Virus record (IMG/VR): IMGVR_UViG_3300030376_006920
Span: 1 to 44,079 of that record
DNA from: a virus
Lineage: Duplodnaviria > Caudoviricetes
Reading direction: 5' to 3' (one strand)
DNA: 44,079 nt
Shown here: positions 27,459 to 37,105 of the stretch, one piece after another
How the letters are laid out: every line of letters begins with the position of its first letter
How positions within the stretch are numbered: position 1 is the first letter of the stretch
Made by a program: the position numbers and the translations under genes
Notes under the pieces: model-generated
Told to the model about the DNA's origin: nothing
Databases searched by the model: none
Seen by the model: the letters and a program-made list of their open reading frames with translations, nothing else

Positions 27459-29850
27459 TTACTTTCGCCTTAAGTGTTTCCACTTCCTGTTTTAATTCTT
27501 TTATTCCTTCTATTAGAACCGATACTAGTTTTTCGTATTTTACAGCTTTATATCCATTTTCTCTATCAGCAACAACTTCAGGAAATACTTTTTCTACTTC
27601 TTGAGCTATTACTCCAATATCATGTCCTGAATGAACGTGAATACCTTCCATAGGAATCCAATCAAATTCATATCCTGATAATTGATCAATTTTTTCTAAT
27701 GGATTAGCTATTATAGTTTTATTTTCTTTTAATCTTTCATCTGAAGAAGCAAATGCTACAACATCGTTTGTTGCTAATATTGCTCCTACTACACCAGAGG
27801 GTTCTGTACCTACACCTAAACTAGAGGATATAGATAAACTACCTGTAATTTTAGTTGATAATCCTATATCTACAATATCACTCTTAATAAACATTGCAGA
27901 ACCAGTAACGTGATGACCACCTTGCCCTACAAGTACAGATTCACTTACAGGATATCCTACTGAGGATCCTGTTAAATCAGACATTTCAGGACCAAATAAG
28001 GCTATTGCTGCTTCATGTTGAGCATCATGTTCATATTCATATTTCCAATCATGTGAATCTCCATCCCATAAGAAAGAAGCTGTATCATCTGTAGAACCAC
28101 TATCTTGTACTTTTATACCCGCAAATCTTTGAGCAGGAGTATTATTATTTAATATAATAAAAGCATCTCCAATTATTTTAGCTGAACCTGATACAGATTC
28201 TAGATAAGCAAAAGATGCTGTACCTGCTACTGCTATATCACCTGTTACATCAATTGAAGAGGCTGATAGGATTAATCCAGTTTTTAAATCATCTGCTATA
28301 GAAGCACTAGTTGCGTAACTAGCAGACATAACATTTAAGGAACCAGTTGAAATAGCAGTTGCTACTCCATCTCCATTTCCAACCCAAGCGTATCCTGATT
28401 GAATATTTGGTACATCGTTAGATCTACCGGCCCCCATTACTATTATTTCACCATCAGAAGCATCTACTTTACCTACAACCCCAATATTTTGGATTAATGA
28501 TGTACCTATTGGTTTAGTTTGGGTATAACCACCATTAGTATTTACATAAATGTTGTCACCTGCTGTGAACCCATTAGTATCAACACCTATTATTCTACCT
28601 GAAATAATTGCTTGTCCAGCAGCATTTGCATTAATATCTTCATTTGCAATACCAATTGCAGGCATGCTAGCTGCTAAATCAGCAGAGGCTGTTACAACAT
28701 CAAGGTTTTCACCTGTTACACCAATTGAGTGTAATGTTTGGCCTTTTAATATTGTTGTTGCTTGATTATTTTTAACAGTAATAATTAAATCTTCGGCATT
28801 AGTAGCTGTACCTAATAATGAACCTGTAATTGAACCAGATACATCTAATGATCCTGTTATATTAACCGAACTTGAAAATGATGAATTAGATGCTGTGACT
28901 TGTAAAGTGTTATTAGCATAGTTTAAATTTACACTAGCACTTAATGTATCAGTACCACCCGTGTATAATAAGATTGAACCTGTGTCACCTCCTACTACTG
29001 AAAGTGGACCTGAAGTACCAGAAGTACCTGAGGTACCTGATGTACCTATATCTCCTGTTCTAGAAAAAGATATTACTAATTTATCTCCATTTGAAGGAAG
29101 GGTACCTGTAATATAATCTACGGGAATTGTATAATATCCTGATTGTGCAGATACAGTACCTATAATTTCAAATACATTTACAATATTACCTGTATCTCTA
29201 CTAGATATAATTAAATGTCCATAAGGAGTAGTGTTTGTAGAACCATCCCATGTATTATACCAAGCTGTTTGACTATTTCCTTTTTGATCTAAATTATCAA
29301 TTATAAGAGCAGATACAGATCCTATAGTAACATTATTATACCTAATAACTCCATTTCCAGGATCACTTATACCTGTAGATGTATCAAAATTATATTCAAC
29401 TCCTCCTTTTTCTCCACTAGTACCTGATGTACCTGATGTACCTGAACTTCCTGAAGTACCGTTTGTACCATTTGTTCCTGAAGTACCTGAACTTCCTGAT
29501 GAACCTGATGATCCATCTGAACCAGATGTACCTGAAGTACCAGAAGAACCAGATGTTCCAGACGTACCACTAGTACCTGATGTACCAGATGTACCTGATG
29601 TTGATTGTCTGTTAGTGAATGTTAAATCTCCACTGGCTGTGTTATAAGCGACTAATTGAGGAGCATCTCCTGCTCCAGTTTCTGTCATGCTTCCACTTTT
29701 GATAGATAAACTACCAGTGATTCCTACAGAACCTGTTACGTATATGTCGTTATTTGCTGTTCCAGAAAGAGCATCTATAATTCGAGTTACATTCTCGGCG
29801 CGAATCACGCTACCACTCTGAATGCCCGATGTGCTTATTGTATTAGCCAT
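27451..29850 (-). CDS. Tail fibre protein with Gly-Thr/Ser-Ser collagen-like repeats and C-terminal S74 chaperone
   Basis: (GTS/GSS)n tracts; SSDERLKEN, GVIAQEVE, YEKLVSVLIEGIKEL. Confidence 0.88.
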   Translation of the reverse strand: MANTISTSGIQSGSVIRAENVTRIIDALSGTANNDIYVTGSVGITGSLSIKSGSMTETGAGDAPQLVAYNTASGDLTFTNRQSTSGTSGTSGTSGTSGTSGSSGTSGTSGSDGSSGSSGSSGTSGTNGTNGTSGSSGTSGTSGTSGEKGGVEYNFDTSTGISDPGNGVIRYNNVTIGSVSALIIDNLDQKGNSQTAWYNTWDGSTNTTPYGHLIISSRDTGNIVNVFEIIGTVSAQSGYYTIPVDYITGTLPSNGDKLVISFSRTGDIGTSGTSGTSGTSGPLSVVGGDTGSILLYTGGTDTLSASVNLNYANNTLQVTASNSSFSSSVNITGSLDVSGSITGSLLGTATNAEDLIITVKNNQATTILKGQTLHSIGVTGENLDVVTASADLAASMPAIGIANEDINANAAGQAIISGRIIGVDTNGFTAGDNIYVNTNGGYTQTKPIGTSLIQNIGVVGKVDASDGEIIVMGAGRSNDVPNIQSGYAWVGNGDGVATAISTGSLNVMSASYATSASIADDLKTGLILSASSIDVTGDIAVAGTASFAYLESVSGSAKIIGDAFIILNNNTPAQRFAGIKVQDSGSTDDTASFLWDGDSHDWKYEYEHDAQHEAAIALFGPEMSDLTGSSVGYPVSESVLVGQGGHHVTGSAMFIKSDIVDIGLSTKITGSLSISSSLGVGTEPSGVVGAILATNDVVAFASSDERLKENKTIIANPLEKIDQLSGYEFDWIPMEGIHVHSGHDIGVIAQEVEKVFPEVVADRENGYKAVKYEKLVSVLIEGIKELKQEVETLKAKVNG
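29413..29603 (-). repeat. 9-bp periodic Gly-X-Y (GTS/GSS/GTN) coding repeat
   Basis: gtacctgat/gtaccagaa-type units on the + strand; boundaries approximate. Confidence 0.9.
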
Positions 29851-29882
29851 TAATTAATGAATTTACCTAGGATTATTCCTTA

Positions 29883-29890
29883 ATAAATAT
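29883..29890 (-). promoter_or_regulatory. Putative late promoter ATATTTAT
   Basis: Upstream of the 799-aa fibre gene. Confidence 0.6.
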
Positions 29891-32196
29891 TAACTAAGAC
29901 CACGAGTAATGCCCTCTATCACACTTTCGGGTAATATTTTTTTAGTACATTCAAATTGTCTTGGAGTATTTTTGTGTATAGGACACCAATCCCAATCTCC
30001 TGCATCTAATTTAAAATTATTGAAACAAGAATTACAAACATCTTTATTAATAATGCGCTGAATTTTTGTACTAAATTCAGTCCATTCTGAACTAAATCCA
30101 GATATCATTACTACTGGTTTATGTATAGCCCAAGATAACCAAGCTAAACCACTTGATACACCAATATATAATTCTGAATGGTGAAGTATATTAATTATAT
30201 CTTCTATAGGATGGTTTCCTGTTGCATCAATAATACCTTCAAATTTTTTCTTTAGTGGTAATTTATCTGTCTCCCAAGCATCATTATATTTTTCTTTAGA
30301 TATCATTACTACTTTATATCCTAAAACATTATTAATGTAATTTATAACGGTTTGCCATCCAGTTGGGTGTTGCCAATATTTTGTACCTGCTGAAGCATGA
30401 GGTGAAATACAAATATATTTTTCTTTCCAAGGTCTATCTTTAATTTGATAGTCCATTTTTGGTATTATTTCTTGATATTCTAACCCTAATATATTAGTTG
30501 CAGTTTGTTGTAAAGTAAATTGTTTAGGATCATATGGTTGTTTAAATCCATTTAGTTTATCATCATCATAATACCATCCTAACTCATACATGGCGTATAT
30601 GTTTGGTACAGTTTCACCTGGTTCTACAAATGTTAATTCAGGGTATTTATTTTTGAAAAATTTATTCCAAAATGTAGATACTATAACGTGACATTTATGT
30701 TTCTTTTGGAACTCTAATGCATAAGGAAACCATGCTAATGTATCACCTAATGATTTTGAACCACAAGCAATGTAAACACGTTTACCAGCTGCATTGTATT
30801 TATGGGATGTAACTACTTCTCCAAAATTATCTTTAATTTGAATATCCCAATTTATAAAAAATTTATGAAATGATTTGCCCCAATGGTTGTTTTGTAAATT
30901 AACAGAATATTCACTTTTACCTGTATCTTGATTTATAAAATCAATTAAATATTCTTGTTCTGCATCTCGTAAACAAGCATATGGACCATCTGCAAAATTT
31001 ACTTCTAATCTAGGTAATTTTTTCTTTGGTTTAATATCTATTTGTTGTAAACGTTTATATGCTTTTTTAGCTTGATTTTTCCAAGAAAATTCTTGTCGTA
31101 TTTCTTTAGAACGTTTTAAATGCCAGTCTTTCCAATAAGCATAGTTTTCATATGAATTTTTAATTTGATCTACTAAATGATCTAAATCAGGTTTATAAAA
31201 ATTACCTGGTATATTATGTTCATATGTTAAATCTTTACCATTTGTAGCAGGTTCTTCACCTAATATATCTACTCCTAGTCCTTCACTTTTAGTAAATTCG
31301 AGTTGTCCTGAACATTTGGTGTAAATTGAGGGGGTACCACAAGCTAGTGATTCAATTAATGGTAAGTTCCATCCTTCAGCACGGGCACATGATATTATCA
31401 CATTAGCATTTTGTAATAATGAAATATATTGTTTTCTATCTAAAAACTTTAATATTTTTATTCTATCGTCTTCTAATCCGTAATGTTTTAAACGTTCTTC
31501 TGTAGTTTTCATACCATCTACAGGGTATGGGTTTTCAACGTTTAATAATAATTCAACATTTTGGTTATCTGGGAATGCTTTAAGGAAACCTTCTATGCTT
31601 TCTTTTATACCTTTTCTATAGTCCCATCTACCTACTATAACAAATTGGAATTTACCCTGCTTTTTAGGTCTTGATGCAGGTTTAAATGTATTTCCGTCTA
31701 CTCCTTCAGGTATAACAAATATTTTATCTTCTGGATATCCTTGTTTAATGGATATTTCTTTTTGCCATTCAGTTGGTACCCAAAGTTCATTTAATGTAAG
31801 TAATTGTTGGAAAAATTGTGAAGAGTATTCAGTTGATTCCCAAACATTGTATCCTATTTTATAACCATCATATGCATCGTAGAAGTAATGGTGGTCGTGT
31901 TCTTCAAGTATAATATCAATGTCAGCACGATAGCCATCTTTATGAGAGTATATTGGTAAATCGCTTCTAGAACCGTCATTGTTAAATAATGTTTGCAAAT
32001 GGAGCATTTTCTTCATTTGCGGAGTAATATATGGTTCTTTATCGTGAGGGGTATGGTTAGGTCCTTGCCAAGATTTACCTACTGTAAAATTTCGTACTTT
32101 AGTTGGGGTTAGTTTATCAAGTTCAGTAAAAAATGATTGCGCATGATTTGCGTATCCAGTAGTACCAATAAAACTCGTGTGAGCTTGAACCTTCAT
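29890..32196 (-). CDS. Bifunctional glycosyltransferase: GT4-like domain fused to an autotransporter O-heptosyltransferase (Aah/TibC)-like domain
   Basis: N-half TGYANHA, WES, GRWDYRKG, EGWNLPLIESLACG; C-half SKSLGDTLAWFPY, IGVSSGLAWLSWA...PVVMISGFS, four-Cys CNSC...WCP...FECTK. Confidence 0.88.
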   Translation of the reverse strand: MKVQAHTSFIGTTGYANHAQSFFTELDKLTPTKVRNFTVGKSWQGPNHTPHDKEPYITPQMKKMLHLQTLFNNDGSRSDLPIYSHKDGYRADIDIILEEHDHHYFYDAYDGYKIGYNVWESTEYSSQFFQQLLTLNELWVPTEWQKEISIKQGYPEDKIFVIPEGVDGNTFKPASRPKKQGKFQFVIVGRWDYRKGIKESIEGFLKAFPDNQNVELLLNVENPYPVDGMKTTEERLKHYGLEDDRIKILKFLDRKQYISLLQNANVIISCARAEGWNLPLIESLACGTPSIYTKCSGQLEFTKSEGLGVDILGEEPATNGKDLTYEHNIPGNFYKPDLDHLVDQIKNSYENYAYWKDWHLKRSKEIRQEFSWKNQAKKAYKRLQQIDIKPKKKLPRLEVNFADGPYACLRDAEQEYLIDFINQDTGKSEYSVNLQNNHWGKSFHKFFINWDIQIKDNFGEVVTSHKYNAAGKRVYIACGSKSLGDTLAWFPYALEFQKKHKCHVIVSTFWNKFFKNKYPELTFVEPGETVPNIYAMYELGWYYDDDKLNGFKQPYDPKQFTLQQTATNILGLEYQEIIPKMDYQIKDRPWKEKYICISPHASAGTKYWQHPTGWQTVINYINNVLGYKVVMISKEKYNDAWETDKLPLKKKFEGIIDATGNHPIEDIINILHHSELYIGVSSGLAWLSWAIHKPVVMISGFSSEWTEFSTKIQRIINKDVCNSCFNNFKLDAGDWDWCPIHKNTPRQFECTKKILPESVIEGITRGLS

Positions 32197-32201
32197 AACA
32201 T

Positions 32202-32233
32202 TTAATATAATAACCTTTAGTACATTTTACAAA
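32202..32233 (-). promoter_or_regulatory. Bacteroidota-type housekeeping-sigma promoter for the glycosyltransferase
   Basis: TTTG-N20-TATATTAA; shares AAGGTTATTATATTAA with the SSB promoter at 7679-7710. Confidence 0.65.
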
Positions 32234-33717
32234 CTTTTTTCACGCTTTGGTTGTAATATTTCAAATTTACCTTCATTATAACGTTGAGCATGTACAATGT
32301 AAAAACAATGTGGTTTACCACATTCACATCCTACTTCAATTTCTTCTCTTGAAACAGATTTTACAAAGTGATGACAAGCATTACCAATTGGAGTAAGTTG
32401 TACTGTAATATCAGTATCATCTACAGGTAAATCTTTCCAATAATCTGGTAAGTGGATTACATCGCTAGTTTTTAATTTACCTCTATGATATATACCACGT
32501 TCAGGCCCTTCTAGGGATGAATGTAGTAGATAATACCCTTCCATTGTAGGGTGTTGTATTTTAAAGTTTTTAGTTGCAGCATCTAATGTTCCCTCTACAA
32601 ATACATTTCCTGATACAATTAAAGTATCACCATCAAATGTAAATTCAGTAGAATAGTTTGAACCCGAAAATACCCCACTAAAAGCTCCATCACCACTTTG
32701 TGCAAAAGAAGCTGTATCTGCTAAAGATGAACTAACTTCTTTAGTAATTTCTACAGAGGCAGAAAAAGCATATGAAGCTGTTTCGGCATATGAAGCACTT
32801 GTAGCTTGTAATGCAAGTGATGCTGTAATAGCTTCTAAAGCTAAAGAAGCAGTAGTGGCAGTATCAGCAAAACTAGCAGTTGATATGTAAGAAGCAGTTG
32901 TAGCAAAATCCGATATTGAAGCTGTACCTAATACATCTCCTAATAATGAACCTGTAAATGACCCAGTGAATGAGCCTGTTGCTGTAGTTCCTCCACCTCC
33001 TGAGCCTGATAGGTCAGATAAGTATTGATTAATTGCTATATTATAACCAGCGTATTCAGAACCTGCTTTTAAACTCTCCATTCCCGCAACTCCTAATGAG
33101 AATCCAGGAGCTATAGAGCCTGTATCTGTTAGGTCAATAATTGCAACTTCTCTTTCTGCAGTTTGTAAAGTATCACCTGAATCTGATTCTAAACCTTCTT
33201 CACCCCATTCAACAAAAAATGAAATTTCAGATGATCCTATATTTCTTTGAACTACTTCTGATACTTGATAGAGATGGAATCTGTTTTTTACTGTAGAGTT
33301 ATTTCTTTTTGCTACACCTACTATAGCAAAATTAGATCCTGAATCACTACCACTAATGCTGTTTACATTTAAATCATTATTTGGATCATTAAAACTAGCA
33401 GATTGAAATAAATAAGATCCTGAAGGGGTAGATAAACCAAATGTATCACTTGCAGCGTTTGATGTAGCCTGTTGAGTTAAAGTAATTTGTGTATAATCTT
33501 CATTAACAGACTGTACTGCTGTACCTGCTGGCACTGCACCAGCTACTGAAAATATAATTTGTCCGGGTCTAATTAAGGTTTCATCTCCTGATGATATATT
33601 AACATCAGCTATTAAATTAGAACCACTAGCAAGATTACCGGATCCAATAATAAAGTTAGTTGATAGAATACTACCGGCATCAACAACACCTATAAATCTT
33701 TGATCTCTATACGCCAT
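32227..33717 (-). CDS. Fibre/spike protein with a C-terminal K-F-x-I-x-HP...EGPE domain
   Basis: TGSFTGSF and TAS repeats; TKNFKIQHP, SLEGPE.G.YHRG, LPDYW, ITVQLTPIG. Confidence 0.8.
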   Translation of the reverse strand: MAYRDQRFIGVVDAGSILSTNFIIGSGNLASGSNLIADVNISSGDETLIRPGQIIFSVAGAVPAGTAVQSVNEDYTQITLTQQATSNAASDTFGLSTPSGSYLFQSASFNDPNNDLNVNSISGSDSGSNFAIVGVAKRNNSTVKNRFHLYQVSEVVQRNIGSSEISFFVEWGEEGLESDSGDTLQTAEREVAIIDLTDTGSIAPGFSLGVAGMESLKAGSEYAGYNIAINQYLSDLSGSGGGGTTATGSFTGSFTGSLLGDVLGTASISDFATTASYISTASFADTATTASLALEAITASLALQATSASYAETASYAFSASVEITKEVSSSLADTASFAQSGDGAFSGVFSGSNYSTEFTFDGDTLIVSGNVFVEGTLDAATKNFKIQHPTMEGYYLLHSSLEGPERGIYHRGKLKTSDVIHLPDYWKDLPVDDTDITVQLTPIGNACHHFVKSVSREEIEVGCECGKPHCFYIVHAQRYNEGKFEILQPKREKSL

Positions 33718-33726
33718 GGACGGTTA

Positions 33727-36198
33727 TTAGAATGTTACTTTAATTAGTGATTTTATTAAAGCACTTAATCCTCCTACTTGAAATACATTAAAGTTTGAAC
33801 TTGTATTAAGTGAAATTACAGCAGAGGTGTTTTGGTTACCATTATTTAAAGCCCAAGCTTGTATTATTGGTGGGTTTTGTGTATATAAAGTTCCATTTGC
33901 ACCAGCTCCATTAGTTCTAGAGGTAGGCATTGTAAAATCAAATGTTGTTGTTGTTTTAGTTGGTGTAGTTATCTTTGCTGAAATTAATTGGGCATCTCCT
34001 ACACTTGGTGAAGATATGGTTGCACCAGCTTGTGTAAATGATGTTACACTAAATGCAGGTACATAAGCTCCTTTTACTCCTGATGTACCACCTGAGTTTG
34101 CTACACCTGTAATATCAAATGTGTTTGTTGCAACATTTGAAACTGCAGCATATAAATAATCCTGGTTCATATTTTGAATAACTACATAATCTCCATTTGA
34201 TAATCCATGAGCTGTACTTGTAATTGATAATGTTGTACTACTTCTTGTCCAACTTAACCCACCATATAGAGTTGCTGAGGATAATAATTCAATACTTCCA
34301 TCTGCTCCACTATTTCCTAAATCATTAGCTATATATCTTACTTGATTATTATAAATTGTACTAATACCAGCATCTACTCCTGTTAAACTTGATCCATCAC
34401 CTTGGAATGATCCACTAAATGAACCACTAAATGTACCGTCTCCTGTTTCTGCAAAAGAAGCAGTTGTAGCATCATTAGCAATTGATGCAGTTCCTGCAGT
34501 GTGTGATGCTGTAGTAGCAGTATTTGCTATTGAAGCAGTACCGGATGTAAGTGAAGCTGTAGTTGCTAAATCAGCTATTGATGCTGTACCTAATACATCT
34601 CCTAAAATTGATCCTGTAAATGAACCTGTATAAGATCCTGTTGGTGAAGCTACACCTGTTAATAATGTTCCATCTCCTTGAAATGATCCACTAAACGATC
34701 CACTAAATGGACCACTAGCATTTTGTAATTCGTTCCAACCACCACCATGAGCAAAATACATTGCTCCATCTGTATGTGAATGTGCTATAGCACCATGATA
34801 TGTTCCAGCATTAGGGAATTGTCCTGTATTATCATAATAAAATGGTATTACACTAGCTGCTTGTGAAGCTGTAATAGCTCCAGCTACGGTTAAACCTGCT
34901 GTTTCTCCATTTATTTCTAAAGTTCCTGATATTTCAGCACTTCCTGTAAATGGAAATCCTTCTCCTGTACCTGATGTACCTGATGAACCATTTGTCCCAC
35001 TGGTACCATTTGTACCACTTGTACCTGAACTACCAGAGGAGCCACTTGAACCAGAACTACCATCTGTACCATTTGTACCACTGGTTCCTGAATTCCCACT
35101 AGTACCTGATGTACCAGATGTACCCGGAGCCGATTCTAAACTTACATTCCAGCTTGAATATGTACCACTTCCTCCTGTTGTAGTTACAGTTACAGACATT
35201 GCACCTGTACCTGAATTATAACCGGTGATTTTACCAATCATAAAGTCAGCAGTATTAGAAGCATAAATAATAGCTACTGATTGTCCTACTATATAAGATA
35301 AACCTGTAGAAACTGTTAATGATTTAGATCCAGTTCCAATTGCTAAAGCTGTTGAAGATGTAGTTGTAAATAAGTTACCATCTGCACCTGAAGTTCCTGA
35401 ACTACCAGAACTACCACTTGATCCTGAACTACCATCTGTACCATTTGTACCACTAGTTCCTGAACTACCAGAAGAACCATTTGAACCAGAAGTTCCCGAT
35501 GAACCACTACTACCTGAAGTTCCAGGAGTTGATTCTAAACTTACATTCCAGCTTGAATATGTTCCACTTCCTCCTATTAATGATACATTTACTGTTAAAG
35601 CTCCCGTATTAGTATTATAAGCAGTAATTTTACCATTCATAAAGTTAGAAGCTGTTGATGCATCAACTATTGATATAGATTGTCCTACTATATAAGATAA
35701 ACCTGTAGCTACTGATATTGTTTTAAGTCCAGTACTTATAGTAGCTGCAGTAGATGAAGTTGTTGTAAATAAATTACCATCTTGACCAGAAGTACCAGAT
35801 GTACCACTAGAACCACTTGAACCTGAAGATCCGTCTGTACCTGAAGTACCAGATGTACCAGAATTTCCTGAAGTACCATCTGTTCCTGATGTACCTGCAG
35901 TACCAGAAGTACCAGATGTACCACTTGTACCATCTCCACTTCCACCTCCACCACCTAAACTACCTGTACTAAAAAATATATCTCCTGAAGAAGTATTATA
36001 CATTAAAGCAGCAGGTGCATTATTATTTTCAATAAGACTACCTGAAGAAATTTTAGTGCTACCTGATACAGTTAAGGAACCTGAAAAAGCTATGTCATAA
36101 GGACCAGCATCACCATTTAAAGCGTCAATTGATCTTAAAACGTGTTCTGGGAAGATTATACTTCCACTATCAATTCCTTGGGTTGTAATTTTTGCCAT
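33727..36198 (-). CDS. Tail fibre protein with three Gly-Thr/Ser-Ser collagen-like tracts and a duplicated beta domain
   Basis: 823 aa; (GTS/GSS)n three times; two copies of GNLFTTTSST...YSSWNVSLES. Confidence 0.85.
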   Translation of the reverse strand: MAKITTQGIDSGSIIFPEHVLRSIDALNGDAGPYDIAFSGSLTVSGSTKISSGSLIENNNAPAALMYNTSSGDIFFSTGSLGGGGGSGDGTSGTSGTSGTAGTSGTDGTSGNSGTSGTSGTDGSSGSSGSSGTSGTSGQDGNLFTTTSSTAATISTGLKTISVATGLSYIVGQSISIVDASTASNFMNGKITAYNTNTGALTVNVSLIGGSGTYSSWNVSLESTPGTSGSSGSSGTSGSNGSSGSSGTSGTNGTDGSSGSSGSSGSSGTSGADGNLFTTTSSTALAIGTGSKSLTVSTGLSYIVGQSVAIIYASNTADFMIGKITGYNSGTGAMSVTVTTTGGSGTYSSWNVSLESAPGTSGTSGTSGNSGTSGTNGTDGSSGSSGSSGSSGTSGTNGTSGTNGSSGTSGTGEGFPFTGSAEISGTLEINGETAGLTVAGAITASQAASVIPFYYDNTGQFPNAGTYHGAIAHSHTDGAMYFAHGGGWNELQNASGPFSGSFSGSFQGDGTLLTGVASPTGSYTGSFTGSILGDVLGTASIADLATTASLTSGTASIANTATTASHTAGTASIANDATTASFAETGDGTFSGSFSGSFQGDGSSLTGVDAGISTIYNNQVRYIANDLGNSGADGSIELLSSATLYGGLSWTRSSTTLSITSTAHGLSNGDYVVIQNMNQDYLYAAVSNVATNTFDITGVANSGGTSGVKGAYVPAFSVTSFTQAGATISSPSVGDAQLISAKITTPTKTTTTFDFTMPTSRTNGAGANGTLYTQNPPIIQAWALNNGNQNTSAVISLNTSSNFNVFQVGGLSALIKSLIKVTF
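34963..35950 (-). repeat. Gly-X-Y tracts alternating with a duplicated ~250-bp domain
   Basis: gattctaaacttacattccagcttgaatatgt occurs near 35132 and 35531; boundaries approximate. Confidence 0.88.
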
Positions 36199-36218
36199 GA
36201 GACTAGACTATTTCTATA

Positions 36219-36226
36219 ATAAATAT
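36219..36226 (-). promoter_or_regulatory. Putative late promoter ATATTTAT
   Basis: Upstream of the fibre cluster. Confidence 0.6.
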
Positions 36227-36229
36227 ATA

Positions 36230-37105
36230 TTATACTACTGTTTCTTTAAATACGGTTTTAGTAACGTTATATGATTTTGGACTAGGTCCTGCCATCGCAG
36301 CATTTATACCTGATGGTATAATATATCCGTTAACTAAAACATTCATTGTTGTTCTATTTGCTCTATCACTTCCGTTTTCTAATAAAACAGGTGTGTTAAA
36401 AGTTTGTATATCTGCTCTAAACATAAAACGTTCAGGATCACCCCAATATGAGCGAGCTGCAAATTCTATTGCTTCTGTTATTTCATTTGCCTGATCTACA
36501 TAATCTGTAAAAATAGACATTGAATAAGTTACATCTATGTAATCAGGAATTATACCTAATACATATTCTTTTTGTGGTTTTTGACCTCTTAAAACATTAA
36601 AGTTATCATAAACATTACGTTTAGAATATCCTGTTTCAAAGTATTGTACATTTTGTACTCTATTACCATCTAATTTATTACCTAAAGTATTATTTTTAGT
36701 AAAACTATCTCTTTTAAACATTACAAGAGGTACCATTGTTTTACCATTTTTATCTCTGTAAAAACCATCCGCTTGCATTGATTTCCATCTTTCAGGAGAA
36801 CCATATATAATAGGTACAGCAATTTGTCTATTATTTTGGGTAACTGTTGGTTTAATAGCGTTTTCAAGGTAGTACATAATAGCACTATCTATATCTTTTA
36901 AACCAATAGACATAGTTTTATTTTGAGTATCGTCTTTCATCGATACTTCTTTTGCTCTGTTTTTTCTAGGGCGACCTGGTTTAGGTTTAGTAGGAATATT
37001 TTCAGTTAAAGGAGCAACAACCTCTTTAGTGTCAGGGTTGACATGAGGTTCTTGGAGTTTAGTCATAAACTCTCTTCTTGTATATGGTCTTGGTTTAAAA
37101 TCCAT
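36230..37105 (-). CDS. Tail completion / sheath stabiliser (T4 gp15-like)
   Basis: VPIIYGSPERW, P.YIDVTY...DQANEI.E; follows the neck genes. Confidence 0.7.
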   Translation of the reverse strand: MDFKPRPYTRREFMTKLQEPHVNPDTKEVVAPLTENIPTKPKPGRPRKNRAKEVSMKDDTQNKTMSIGLKDIDSAIMYYLENAIKPTVTQNNRQIAVPIIYGSPERWKSMQADGFYRDKNGKTMVPLVMFKRDSFTKNNTLGNKLDGNRVQNVQYFETGYSKRNVYDNFNVLRGQKPQKEYVLGIIPDYIDVTYSMSIFTDYVDQANEITEAIEFAARSYWGDPERFMFRADIQTFNTPVLLENGSDRANRTTMNVLVNGYIIPSGINAAMAGPSPKSYNVTKTVFKETVV

